Virus record (IMG/VR): IMGVR_UViG_3300031746_000008
Span: 1-64,000 of that record
Length of the DNA: 64,000 nt
Reading direction: 5' to 3' (one strand)
DNA from: a virus
Taxonomy: Duplodnaviria; Caudoviricetes
Shown in pieces: positions 38,481 to 48,110 of the stretch. A program made the translations under genes and the position numbers. Each line of letters starts with the position of its first letter. Position 1 is the first letter of the stretch. The notes below the pieces were generated by a model. It was given only the letters and a program-made list of their open reading frames with translations. It did not search any database and was not told the origin of the DNA.

Positions 38481-39188
38481 ATCCGCTACGTAGGGGGAAA
38501 AGTTAGGATAGCCAAACAATTAACAGATTTCCTTAAATCGGTTCGTAAACCTGGACAAATATATGCCGAGCCATTTGTCGGAGGGGGTGCTATTGTTTCC
38601 TTGATGGACGGAACAAGAATAGCTTCTGATATTTGTTCTTATTTAATAGCATTTTATAAAGAACTTCAACAATCAAATTTATTTCCTCTAAAAACATTGT
38701 CAGAAGAAAGATATAACGAATTAAAACAATTGTATAAAAATGGTATATGTAACGCAGAGATAGGATTTGGTCTTTATTTTTGTTCGTTCGCAGGAAAATT
38801 CAAAGGAGGCTATGCAAGGAGCCCAAAAGATGGATATGATTTTTCTAAGGGGGCATATAATAGCGCTCTAAGACTTAAACTAGGAATAAAAGATGTTCAA
38901 TTTTATAGTTTAGACTACAGAGAATTATTTAAAATACTTCCACAAAGATGTCTTATTTATTGTGATATTCCATACATTAATACCACAGAATATAGATTCA
39001 AGTTTGATCACGAATCCTATTGGAAGTTCATTAGAGAACAATCCAATAATCATGATATATATACATCAAGTTACGTTGCACCAGAAGATTTCAATTGTGT
39101 GTTTGAAATTAAAAGAAAAACTTGTTTAAACGTAAAGGGCGGGGGAAAAGAAGATAGAACGGAGAAACTTTTTAAATATAAAGGATAA
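38481..39188 (+). CDS. Dam-like (D12 class) N6-adenine DNA methyltransferase, apparent ATC start
   Basis: (M)RYVGGK, EPFVGGG motif I, YCDIPY motif IV; frame is open from ATC 38481, 5 nt after GGAGGT. Confidence 0.85.
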   Translation: MRYVGGKVRIAKQLTDFLKSVRKPGQIYAEPFVGGGAIVSLMDGTRIASDICSYLIAFYKELQQSNLFPLKTLSEERYNELKQLYKNGICNAEIGFGLYFCSFAGKFKGGYARSPKDGYDFSKGAYNSALRLKLGIKDVQFYSLDYRELFKILPQRCLIYCDIPYINTTEYRFKFDHESYWKFIREQSNNHDIYTSSYVAPEDFNCVFEIKRKTCLNVKGGGKEDRTEKLFKYKG

Positions 39189-39260
39189 TAGATGTAATCT
39201 TGTCAACCTATAATTGGTACACTGGAGTAGATGAACCAATAACTTTTAAAGGAAAATAAA

Positions 39261-39827
39261 ATGAATATAATATCTCTTGATCTAGAAACAACCGGGCTAG
39301 ACCCAAATAAACACAATGTTATATCTATTGGTGCAGTTAATCTAATAGACGACGATGAATTTTATAGGGAAATATATTATAAAGATTTATTTGTATCCAC
39401 AAAAACTCAAGCGTTTTTAAAAATTGATTTTAGTAAAATTGAAAATGTTCAACGATCAGAACCGTTTATTGCAATTTGTGATTTTAATACTTGGTTAATA
39501 AGACAATATAATTATAAACCAATTATAGTTATGGGTTTAAATGTTGGATCTTTTGATTTACAATTTATTAGAAAATTATCGCAGTCGGTAAATTCACCAG
39601 GAACAATGGAATTATTTGATTATCGTTCACTTGATTTAAATTCTGTAATGATGTATATGTCTCAATTTTCAAAATTATCTTTTGTAGAATTCAAAAAAGA
39701 AAAAACAATACAGGCTACCGAAAAATTTAAAACAGATCAACCATTTCTACACAAATTTGGTTCGCACCATGCTTTATTTGATGCATGGTTTAACGTTCAT
39801 TTGTGGGAGGTTTTAAAAAATGAATAA
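39261..39827 (+). CDS. DEDDh 3'-5' exonuclease
   Basis: LDLETTG, N-x-x-x-FD, HHALFDA. Confidence 0.88.
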   Translation: MNIISLDLETTGLDPNKHNVISIGAVNLIDDDEFYREIYYKDLFVSTKTQAFLKIDFSKIENVQRSEPFIAICDFNTWLIRQYNYKPIIVMGLNVGSFDLQFIRKLSQSVNSPGTMELFDYRSLDLNSVMMYMSQFSKLSFVEFKKEKTIQATEKFKTDQPFLHKFGSHHALFDAWFNVHLWEVLKNE

Positions 39828-40411
39828 TATATGTTTTGAATGTGGAAATCGTCCCGGCTTAGAATGTCCAGGAAGAAAAGAAGGTGAACACACTCGATGT
39901 CAGATATGTTTTAATCATTTTATGATCAAGGAAAATGTTCGAAATGCTCAACATATATTACAATTATTATATGATACTCTTTCGGATTATAGAGGAAAAG
40001 ACACCTGTATTCAAAAATGCAAAGAAATTATTGATTCTTGTAAGAATACAAATACGGATTATTTATTTCATGATTTTTTACAAAAGCTTGTTAAATGAAA
40101 ACTAAGGATTTGATGTTAATGTTGAAGACGAAATTGATGAAGACTGAAGGGAAAAAATATGAGAAGGTCATCTGGAAAATATTCTGAAGGACAAATGGTA
40201 AGAATGAAAATAAATCCACAACATATGTGTCAAGTTGTTGGAAGGGATGGATATGGTTATACAATTAGATGCCCAATTAAAAATAGTCTTACACCAAATA
40301 TATCCGCCAATGCCTCTTTTTTTGGCGGCGATACAGTACCAAATAATATGATTTTTCAAGATATATATGTTCAAGAATTTGAAATAGAACTCGCCAAGGA
40401 GAATAATTGAA

Positions 40412-42136
40412 ATGAATGATTTTATAATTAAACCAAAAGTAAAATTAATTGGAAAAAGCATAATAAATATAGATGGTCTAACGGCATTCTTAGAAGATTC
40501 AAATATGTGTTGGCCAGAATTTCAAAGAAAACTTGACTCGAATATTGATCTCGGCGACGACGATGGAAACTGGCTAATAGAGTTCGGCGGAAGAAATTGC
40601 TACCAATCATGGCCTAAAAAAGGAGAAGAATTAAAAGGTAGAACACACGATGAACACCTTAAACATTTAATAGATGTAGGACATGAAAGTTGTTTAGAAC
40701 ATGCGACTTTTAATTTCCAAATTTGGAATGTGTCAAGATCATTAACTCACGAACTCGTAAGAACTAGAATTGGGGTTGCATATTGTTTATCTGGAGATAC
40801 TATAATTAATGGCGGAATTAAAAGTAACGGAAAATGGAGTAACAGAGGAGAAAAAAGAACTATAAAACAAATATATGAATGGACATTGAATGGTCTAAAA
40901 AGAGGGAATGTTAAAAAAATTAAAGTAAGATGTTTTGATGGAGAGCAATTTGTTCAAGCAAATATAAAATCTGTTCAAAAATCTGGTATTAAAAATACAT
41001 ATACGATGATTCTTGAAAACGGTAAACAAATATGTTGTTCTAAAGATCATAAATTTTTAGTAAAAACAAAGTTTGCAAATGTATGGAAATCTCTACAAAA
41101 TATTAAAAAAAATGATTTAATCGCAACAAATGGAATTGTTTCCCACAAATCTAAAGAATGGTTATATGAACAATATTATATTAAAAATTTATTGCCAAAA
41201 GAAATTGCGAATATATGTAGAGTTAGTAGGCAGACTATAATGAATTGGATTAAATATTTTAATATACAAAAGTCTATTCGACCGCCAATAACAGAGTTAA
41301 CAAGAAAAAAATTAAGTGATAGAAAAAGCAAAAATAATAGCCCAGCGTGGAAAGGAAATCTGGCAGGGATAGAAGCTGGAAGAGCAAGAGCAAGAAGATG
41401 GTATAAAAGTAGGCCGTGTGAAAAATGTCGTTCTATAAATAATATTGTAAGACATCATATTGATAGAAATACGTTAAATAATGATATTAACAATATTATA
41501 TTTTTATGTAGTTCCTGCCATAGAAAACTTCATAATGATGAAGATGGACACCCTAATTGTCTAACAATAAAATGGACAAAAGTAATAGATATTAAATATT
41601 GTTGTAAACAAATGACTTACGATTTAGAAATTGATCATCCTGCACATAATTTTGTTGCTAATGGATTCGTAACTCATAACTCACAATTATCACAGAGATA
41701 TGTAGATTCCTCTAATGTCTCTTTTATTATTCCGGGAGCTATTTGCGAACTAGGAATTAAAAAACCAGAAATTCTAGAGAAATGGAAAGAATTTTGCTTA
41801 AAATCAAGAAATTTCTATGAAGAATTAACAATAGAACTTTCAGAATTATATAAAAACATTGAAAATAAAACAGAAAAAAGAAAAAAAGCTAGGCAAGCAG
41901 CGAGAAGTGTCCTACCAGGATGCACAGAAACGAAAATCATGACAACTTTAAACGGAAGATCCGTTAGATATTTTATGAGTCTAAGAGGAGGAGAAGGTGT
42001 AGAACCTGAAATAAGATCTTTGAGTGTTGAAATGTTCAAAATAATGCAACAAGAATTTCCTCTTATTGTGTACAAAATGGAACTTTTTAAACTCCAGGAT
42101 GGAAGCGAGGGGGTGCGTAGAATTTTAAATGAATAA
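40412..42136 (+). CDS. thyX: Flavin-dependent thymidylate synthase with intein
   Basis: GR.CY.S, GHESCLEH, SRSLTHELVRTR..Y|SQLSQRY, ARSVLP, N.RS..F..LR, EIR. Confidence 0.92.
   Translation: MNDFIIKPKVKLIGKSIINIDGLTAFLEDSNMCWPEFQRKLDSNIDLGDDDGNWLIEFGGRNCYQSWPKKGEELKGRTHDEHLKHLIDVGHESCLEHATFNFQIWNVSRSLTHELVRTRIGVAYCLSGDTIINGGIKSNGKWSNRGEKRTIKQIYEWTLNGLKRGNVKKIKVRCFDGEQFVQANIKSVQKSGIKNTYTMILENGKQICCSKDHKFLVKTKFANVWKSLQNIKKNDLIATNGIVSHKSKEWLYEQYYIKNLLPKEIANICRVSRQTIMNWIKYFNIQKSIRPPITELTRKKLSDRKSKNNSPAWKGNLAGIEAGRARARRWYKSRPCEKCRSINNIVRHHIDRNTLNNDINNIIFLCSSCHRKLHNDEDGHPNCLTIKWTKVIDIKYCCKQMTYDLEIDHPAHNFVANGFVTHNSQLSQRYVDSSNVSFIIPGAICELGIKKPEILEKWKEFCLKSRNFYEELTIELSELYKNIENKTEKRKKARQAARSVLPGCTETKIMTTLNGRSVRYFMSLRGGEGVEPEIRSLSVEMFKIMQQEFPLIVYKMELFKLQDGSEGVRRILNE
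40784..41680 (+). mobile_element. Intein with HNH endonuclease in thyX (299 aa)
   Basis: CLSGDT start, SKDH block B, CEKC..HHIDRN..NN..N...LC..CH...H, ends VTHN|S. Confidence 0.9.
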
Positions 42137-42791
42137 AATTAAAGATTTAATTGGTAAAAAATTCGGAAGATTAACTGTCATTAAAGAATATGGTAAAAAC
42201 AAATTAGGTCGAATCCTATACGAGTGCTTGTGTGATTGTGGTATTATTAAAATAATTCCTCGTTATAGCCTTGTGACAGGGAATACAAAAAGTTGTGGAT
42301 GTTTGATGATAGAAAAAATAAAATTGGCTCAAACAAAACATAATCATACCAAAAATAACAAAGCATCAAAAACATATGAAGCATATCATCACATGATACA
42401 AAGATGCACAAATCCAAATGATAAATCATATAAAAACTATGGAGGAAGAACACAGCCAATCACTGTTTGTAGAAGATGGTCAAATAAGAAAAATGGATTT
42501 CAAAACTTTTTAAAAGACATGGGAGAATGTTCTCCTGGATTAACACTTGAAAGAATAAATAACAATTTAGGGTATTATAAATCAAATTGCAGATGGGCAA
42601 CACGAAAAGAACAGAATAGAAATAAAAGAAATAATATTGTTATTCCATTGAATGGAAAATTATTGTGTTTAAAAGACTATTGTAAAATAAAAAATTTAAA
42701 CTACAATGCGATTATAATAAGAATAAATACTCTTAAATGGCCCCTAGAAAAAGCTTTAACAACATCAATCAAGAAAAGAAAAAAAAATTAA
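42129..42791 (+). CDS. Homing endonuclease-like protein, HNH family A
   Basis: DLIGKKFGRL..CLCDCG..SCGC..YGGR..LERINN..NCRW. Confidence 0.8.
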   Translation: MNKIKDLIGKKFGRLTVIKEYGKNKLGRILYECLCDCGIIKIIPRYSLVTGNTKSCGCLMIEKIKLAQTKHNHTKNNKASKTYEAYHHMIQRCTNPNDKSYKNYGGRTQPITVCRRWSNKKNGFQNFLKDMGECSPGLTLERINNNLGYYKSNCRWATRKEQNRNKRNNIVIPLNGKLLCLKDYCKIKNLNYNAIIIRINTLKWPLEKALTTSIKKRKKN

Positions 42792-43035
42792 ATAATTTTA
42801 AGGAAAAATAATATGCAAAAGGAATTCTTTAAATGCAGTAGAAAAAAAATTAAAAAATTAGTAAAAGATTTAAAAGAAGATACTGAAATGTTGGATTTAT
42901 CAAAAATACAATTAATTGATAAGATACGAAAATTGATAGAAACAAATAAAAGATTGAGAAGAAAGATAAAGTTATTTAATAATGATTTTAGATTCAGTAA
43001 ATATAGTATGAATTAAAGATATACTTTATTATAAT

Positions 43036-43064
43036 TAGACACAAACCGAATGTGTATGTATAAT
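43036..43064 (+). promoter_or_regulatory. Sigma70-type promoter
   Basis: TAGACA-17 nt-TATAAT; a second extended -10 (TGGTATAAT) at 43210-43218. Confidence 0.6.
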
Positions 43065-43281
43065 ATAGCACGACAAGAAATTGCGGTTAAAGGTAAGGCT
43101 GGATGAATAAAATGATGCCCATTAAAAATAATGCCGCGAATCTCCCCGATTCACACATCTTATCCTTGTCTAGCAAGCCTAAAAAATTTCATTTTTTAAA
43201 TGATTCTTGTGGTATAATTAATTATGAAACATTGGCAATATACCCCTATGTACATTTTTTTTTTCAATTCCGAGAAATTAA

Positions 43282-43911
43282 ATGAAAAATAAAAAAGAAG
43301 AGCCCGAATGCGATTGCGAAGTTTGCCAAGCAGAAAATGATTTAAATAACGATCTAGAAGAAATGTTAATAAAGACCCGTCGCATCCTTCTCACAGGAGA
43401 AATTACAGATCAAAAAGCAGACTATATTTGCCAGAGATTACAGGCATACGCTTTTAATAAATTACCAGTATATATTTATATTAATAGTGCCGGTGGAGAA
43501 TTGGGTGGTGGTTATGCAATTATAGATACTATGGAACTTAGTCCATTTCCTATATATACCATTGTGCGCGGAACCTCGGCAAGTATGGCGGCTACGATAA
43601 CAGCTTACGGAACCAAGGGGTGTCGTTTCATTACTAAAAATAGTACGATGTTTCTTCATAATATTAATGTTGCACTTCCTGAGAATGAAATTCTTTCACA
43701 AAAAACAGCTATAGAACATTTGACGAAATATTCGGAAGATAAAACGAAAGATCTTGTTTCCAGACTTAAAATTAATAGGAAAAAATTTAATGAATTGTTA
43801 AATAAAACAACTTGGTTAATGCCGGAAGAAGCTATTAAGATTGGGATTGTAGATGGAATTTGGACAAAGGAAATGGAAGATAAGTTAAATATTAATTCTT
43901 TAAAGGAATAA
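43282..43911 (+). CDS. clpP: ClpP-family protease subunit
   Basis: R.ILL.GEI, YINSAGG, ASMA (Ser), FLH (His), PEEA..IG.VD. Confidence 0.88.
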   Translation: MKNKKEEPECDCEVCQAENDLNNDLEEMLIKTRRILLTGEITDQKADYICQRLQAYAFNKLPVYIYINSAGGELGGGYAIIDTMELSPFPIYTIVRGTSASMAATITAYGTKGCRFITKNSTMFLHNINVALPENEILSQKTAIEHLTKYSEDKTKDLVSRLKINRKKFNELLNKTTWLMPEEAIKIGIVDGIWTKEMEDKLNINSLKE

Positions 43912-43913
43912 TA

Positions 43914-44438
43914 ATGGTTAAAAGAAGAATAACCAGTGGATATTTTGATTTTTATTACAAACAAAAATATAACTTATTAAAAAAAATAGCAAATGATTTG
44001 TTTAAAAAATTTGGAAAAGGATATGATGAAAATTATCTCAACGATTTTCTTTCAATTGCAAGAACAGAACTTTTATATTCTATGATTCATTTTAATATAA
44101 CTTTAGGTGCTTTTAATACTTTTCTTTATCATCGTGTAAGTGGGTCTATAAGACATTTTATAGATTCAAACATAAAACAAGCAACGAGATACGAAACAGA
44201 ATTAAGAAAAGAGTTTATTAATGCTGAATATAACGAGCCAGTCGGATCGGGACTTATTATTGAAGAAATGTTTGATTCTTTAAAAGAAGAAGAAGCGGAA
44301 GTTCTGAGACTGAGATATCTAAGTAATATGACTCTTTTAGAAATTACAGAAAAAACGGGATTTTCAACTTATTCTATATTGAATTTGCAAAAAAAAGCAA
44401 CCGAAAAATTAATATTAAAGTTTGGTGATAAAATTTAA
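43914..44438 (+). CDS. Sigma-70-family RNA polymerase sigma factor
   Basis: Region 2 (F..G.FNTF...R..G.I) and region 4 HTH (L.EEE.EVL.LRY..MTL.EI...G.S). Confidence 0.75.
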   Translation: MVKRRITSGYFDFYYKQKYNLLKKIANDLFKKFGKGYDENYLNDFLSIARTELLYSMIHFNITLGAFNTFLYHRVSGSIRHFIDSNIKQATRYETELRKEFINAEYNEPVGSGLIIEEMFDSLKEEEAEVLRLRYLSNMTLLEITEKTGFSTYSILNLQKKATEKLILKFGDKI

Positions 44439-45320
44439 ATGAGCAAGTTTATTGATTTAACGGAACAAAAATTTAATAGATTATTAGTAATAAAAAGGGA
44501 GGAAAACGATAGATTTGGAAAGACAAGGTGGTTGTGCAGATGTGATTGTGGAAATGAAAAGATAATTAATGGCAATAGTCTTGTGTCCGGAAGCAGCAAA
44601 AGTTGTGGTTGTCTAAACACAGAGAAAATACAACTTCGAAACATTAAAAATAAACATGGGGAAACTCATGGATGCTCTGGAACAAAAACATATAGGGCTT
44701 GGGGTAGTATGATTCAAAGATGTACCAATTCAAAACACATAGGATATAAAAATTACGGAGGACGAGATAAGCCAATAACGGTTTGCGATAGATGGAATCC
44801 CAAAAAGGGCGGATCGTTTGAAAACTTTTTAAAAGATATTGGTGAAATACCCAAAGGGCTAACATTCGATAGAATAGATAACAATGGAGATTATTCTCTT
44901 GACAACTGGAGATTAGCAACAAGAAGCGTGCAGGCTAAAAATAGAAGGACAAATATAAAAATTGATAGACTGTGTTTAAAAGATTATTGCAAAATTAAAA
45001 ATTTAAACTATAGTACAATTCGTGGCAGAATTCGTAATGGTATGTCTTTAGAAAAGGCATTAAATATTCCAATTAGAAAAAGAAATAAACTGCGAATAGA
45101 TTTGAAAGGTAATTTGATTATGCAAGATGATCTTAAATCAATTTCAGAAGAATTAGACAAGTTCGATGCGCAAAAGGCCGAGGCGTTTGTTAAAAAAGTT
45201 GGTCCTCCTGGCAAAGAGTGGTGTGTTGTGAGTGAAAGAACAGGGAAGAAATTAGCATGTTACCCAACTAAAAAAGAGGCCGAAGATAGGCTCGAATTTA
45301 TTAAGAGGTTCGCCAAGTGA
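44439..45320 (+). CDS. HNH family A endonuclease-like protein fused in frame to a 66-aa module
   Basis: Family A motifs up to ALNIPIRKR, then MQDD...WCVVSERTGKKLACYPTKKEA. Confidence 0.75.
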   Translation: MSKFIDLTEQKFNRLLVIKREENDRFGKTRWLCRCDCGNEKIINGNSLVSGSSKSCGCLNTEKIQLRNIKNKHGETHGCSGTKTYRAWGSMIQRCTNSKHIGYKNYGGRDKPITVCDRWNPKKGGSFENFLKDIGEIPKGLTFDRIDNNGDYSLDNWRLATRSVQAKNRRTNIKIDRLCLKDYCKIKNLNYSTIRGRIRNGMSLEKALNIPIRKRNKLRIDLKGNLIMQDDLKSISEELDKFDAQKAEAFVKKVGPPGKEWCVVSERTGKKLACYPTKKEAEDRLEFIKRFAK

Positions 45321-45468
45321 TAGAAGAATTTTTTAATAATATTACGGAGATTTGGCGGGATACGAGGAATTGTGTCAGATCTCTAGTTTAGGGATAATAA
45401 AAGGAGTTACAGGTGGATTTGGAAATACGTGCAATAAAATTTTAAAATCTAGAAACATGTAAAATTAA

Positions 45469-45477
45469 GTGTATAAA
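45469..45477 (+). promoter_or_regulatory. GTGTATAA promoter-like motif
   Basis: Intergenic, 26 nt before the ATG at 45503 and upstream of its AAGGAG RBS. Confidence 0.45.
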
Positions 45478-45502
45478 ACAAAGGAAAGAAAAGGAGAAAT
45501 TT

Positions 45503-45985
45503 ATGGTAAAAATGATTAAATTGGCTCTGGTGTCACAAATGTTTTTGTATGGCGGTTGTGCGATGTTGAGTTCCCCCCAAAATGCGGCGAAACTTAGTAA
45601 TCCTTCACTTCACTTTGAAAGGAATAGTCGCGGTGTTACATTTGATGCAGGAAGTGAATTTAATGGTAAACTTAAGGGTAAATATGATGCAACAACTGGA
45701 TCGTTTGATATTGATACGGAGGTTAATTCTAGCCCGTCTCCAGTTATAGCCGCAGAATCAGAAAGAGCACAGGCGATGTTCCAGTTCTATCAAGTTCAAG
45801 CAGAAGCCCATAAAGCAGATATGCAGGCGTTTGCCAGCATCATTAATAATGCTATTTCAGCTATTCCAGGTGTTCTTGGTGGAATAAATAATCAGCCATC
45901 ACCGCCATCCTCTACCCCTTCTTTGAAAGAAATATTGGATCTACTTAAAGAAATTAAAGCTTTAAATTCAAAGCCGACGCCGTAA
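45503..45985 (+). CDS. Putative lipoprotein
   Basis: Basic N-terminus, hydrophobic stretch, LYGG-C lipobox-like site. Confidence 0.55.
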   Translation: MVKMIKLALVSQMFLYGGCAMLSSPQNAAKLSNPSLHFERNSRGVTFDAGSEFNGKLKGKYDATTGSFDIDTEVNSSPSPVIAAESERAQAMFQFYQVQAEAHKADMQAFASIINNAISAIPGVLGGINNQPSPPSSTPSLKEILDLLKEIKALNSKPTP

Positions 45986-46004
45986 AATATAATGGAGACA
46001 TAAT

Positions 46005-46739
46005 ATGAAAAAAAGTTTTCTTCAAAACAATAAAAAATTATTAACGTCGTATTTTGTATGTCTTGTGATGGTGTGTGTGACAGTATTTTTTCTCACAAGT
46101 ACCCCTATTAAATCGACTCAAAAAATGAACGATTCGGTAGTAAAAATAGAAACTGAGTTTGGATATGGTTCTGGGGTTATCATAGGTAAAGAAAAACAGG
46201 AAGAAAAATTTCTTTATTATGTCTTGACGGCCTTCCATCTAATAAATGGCCAGATACCTGAAGAAGACAAATTATCTTCACAAGAAATTCCATTTTTGTT
46301 AACTTCTTATAATGATAAAGAGGAGGTTGTAGGAGTTAATAATGGAACATTTTTTTCTAGTGACGAAAAATTAGATGTGATGGTAATTACTTTTTTGTCT
46401 ACGCGAGATTTTGCTGTAACAAAAATTTCTACGAATTATGAATTAATAAAAGAAGTTTATTCTTGTACTTGTCAATTATCGGAATTTCCATCTGTGACTA
46501 AAGGAATAATTTCAAGATTAGCGGGGCACTTTATAATTAGTGATGCTCAAATATCTCCAGGCTCAAGTGGCGGCGGATTATTTGTGAAATATGGTGACGA
46601 ATATTGTTTAATCGGAGTTGCAGTACAGGTAGCGATAAGAGGGGAGTATATCTTTTTCCATTGTTCTTATTATGTTTCTTCGAAATCATTTATCAGATTC
46701 TTAAAAGATAACAAGATTCCAATTGTGGTTCAGAATTAA
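46005..46739 (+). CDS. Membrane-anchored trypsin-like serine protease
   Basis: N-terminal TM; GSGV, LTAFH, D, PGSSGGG. Confidence 0.88.
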   Translation: MKKSFLQNNKKLLTSYFVCLVMVCVTVFFLTSTPIKSTQKMNDSVVKIETEFGYGSGVIIGKEKQEEKFLYYVLTAFHLINGQIPEEDKLSSQEIPFLLTSYNDKEEVVGVNNGTFFSSDEKLDVMVITFLSTRDFAVTKISTNYELIKEVYSCTCQLSEFPSVTKGIISRLAGHFIISDAQISPGSSGGGLFVKYGDEYCLIGVAVQVAIRGEYIFFHCSYYVSSKSFIRFLKDNKIPIVVQN

Positions 46740-46746
46740 TAAAAAT

Positions 46747-47511
46747 ATGAATAAGCAGTGGTCAAGAGAAGACGAGATTTGGTTAATAAATAATTATAAA
46801 TTAATGAAAATCCATGAATTATCTAAATATCTTGGAAGAACAATTCCTTCTATCAACAACAAACTAATCAAATTGAATTGTGCTAAGTCAATTGATAAAA
46901 AACATTGGACACAAAAAGATATAAATTATTTAACAGATAATTATAAAAAAATATCTATAAAAACAATAGCCCAAACTTTGCATAGATCTAAAAAACAGGT
47001 ATATTGTAAACTTTATGCTATTAAACATTGTATAGGCAATGGTCGTAAAAGGGGTGGAGAAGAAGAAAATCAAAAACTTCTTATTTTATATAATGAAAAT
47101 AAAAATTTAAATGAAATAAAAGAAATACTTGGACTATCAATTAACTCTATAAGAACAAAATTAAGAAAATATCATATATCTTCATATAAAGAACGTAGTA
47201 CAAAACTACGTTTTAGGTCAAAAAATTTCTATTCATCTATCAAACAAGCAATGCAAAATGGGACTGTTGGATCAGAATGCTGTTTATGTAGATATAATTT
47301 GTGTATAGATTTGCACCACATAGACGGGAACAGAGAAAACAACACCAAAGAAAATATTTCTTCTCTTTGTCCAAATCATCACAGAGAAATAGAAAGAGGA
47401 ATGCATAAAGACAAAAAATTATATTGTGTCTGGTGGAAAATTAATTCAGACGGTTCTCTTGGTGAAAAATTTGATAATAATTTAAATTCGAGATCATGTA
47501 TAATTCAATAG
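46747..47511 (+). CDS. HNH endonuclease with N-terminal Myb-like/HTH repeats
   Basis: W(S/T)-x-x-D-x-x-x-L repeats; CCLC..HHIDGN..NN..N...LCPNHH. Confidence 0.8.
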   Translation: MNKQWSREDEIWLINNYKLMKIHELSKYLGRTIPSINNKLIKLNCAKSIDKKHWTQKDINYLTDNYKKISIKTIAQTLHRSKKQVYCKLYAIKHCIGNGRKRGGEEENQKLLILYNENKNLNEIKEILGLSINSIRTKLRKYHISSYKERSTKLRFRSKNFYSSIKQAMQNGTVGSECCLCRYNLCIDLHHIDGNRENNTKENISSLCPNHHREIERGMHKDKKLYCVWWKINSDGSLGEKFDNNLNSRSCIIQ

Positions 47512-47531
47512 TAGATTAAAAGGAGAATTAA

Positions 47532-48062
47532 TTGGACAGGATTTGTTGGGATGATTATTTTATGGGATTAACCCTATTTATTAGCAGGAAAAGTAAAGAT
47601 AGTTCAACACGCCACGGTTGCCTTTTAGTAGATAAAAACAATAAAGCTGTCTCTTGGGGGTACAACGGAACACCTAGATCGTGCAAAGAGGAATTGCTTT
47701 CGCATTTGGCTCCAGACAAATATTTTGTCTATATCCACGGAGAATCCAATGCTCTACTCAACGCAAATTCTAGTGTAGAAGGATGCAAGGCATATATTTC
47801 TGGACATCCATGTGTTAGATGTTTATGTTTATTGATGCAAGCCGGAATTAAAGAAATAATTTATGGTCCCGTAAAATCTAAAAATCCAGAAAGTCCGCAT
47901 TTTAAAGAATCTGAAAATAAAATAATTAAAAATTTATTAGATGGATATGATATTAAATTGAAAGAGTGGGAACCTCAAAATTTGAATTTATTAATTGAGG
48001 AATTCAAATCAATTATTAATATATTAGAAGAAAATTATAAAACAATTGATATTCCATTTTAA
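47532..48062 (+). CDS. dCMP deaminase
   Basis: WDDYFM, SKD, GYNG, HGESNA, PCVRC. Confidence 0.92.
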   Translation: MDRICWDDYFMGLTLFISRKSKDSSTRHGCLLVDKNNKAVSWGYNGTPRSCKEELLSHLAPDKYFVYIHGESNALLNANSSVEGCKAYISGHPCVRCLCLLMQAGIKEIIYGPVKSKNPESPHFKESENKIIKNLLDGYDIKLKEWEPQNLNLLIEEFKSIINILEENYKTIDIPF

Positions 48063-48074
48063 AAATCCAAACTT

Positions 48075-48083
48075 GTGTATAAT
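48075..48083 (+). promoter_or_regulatory. GTGTATAAT promoter-like motif upstream of the RNR operon
   Basis: Intergenic, precedes the CAGGAG RBS of 48111. Confidence 0.5.
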
Positions 48084-48110
48084 CCCTAACAAGAAACAGG
48101 AGATCAAATT

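Noticed and set aside
43103-43285. 60-aa ORF and T10 tract before clpP as a phase-variation switch
   Set aside because: The region looks regulatory (promoter motifs), and an in-frame TAA immediately precedes the clpP ATG, so changing tract length cannot create a fusion
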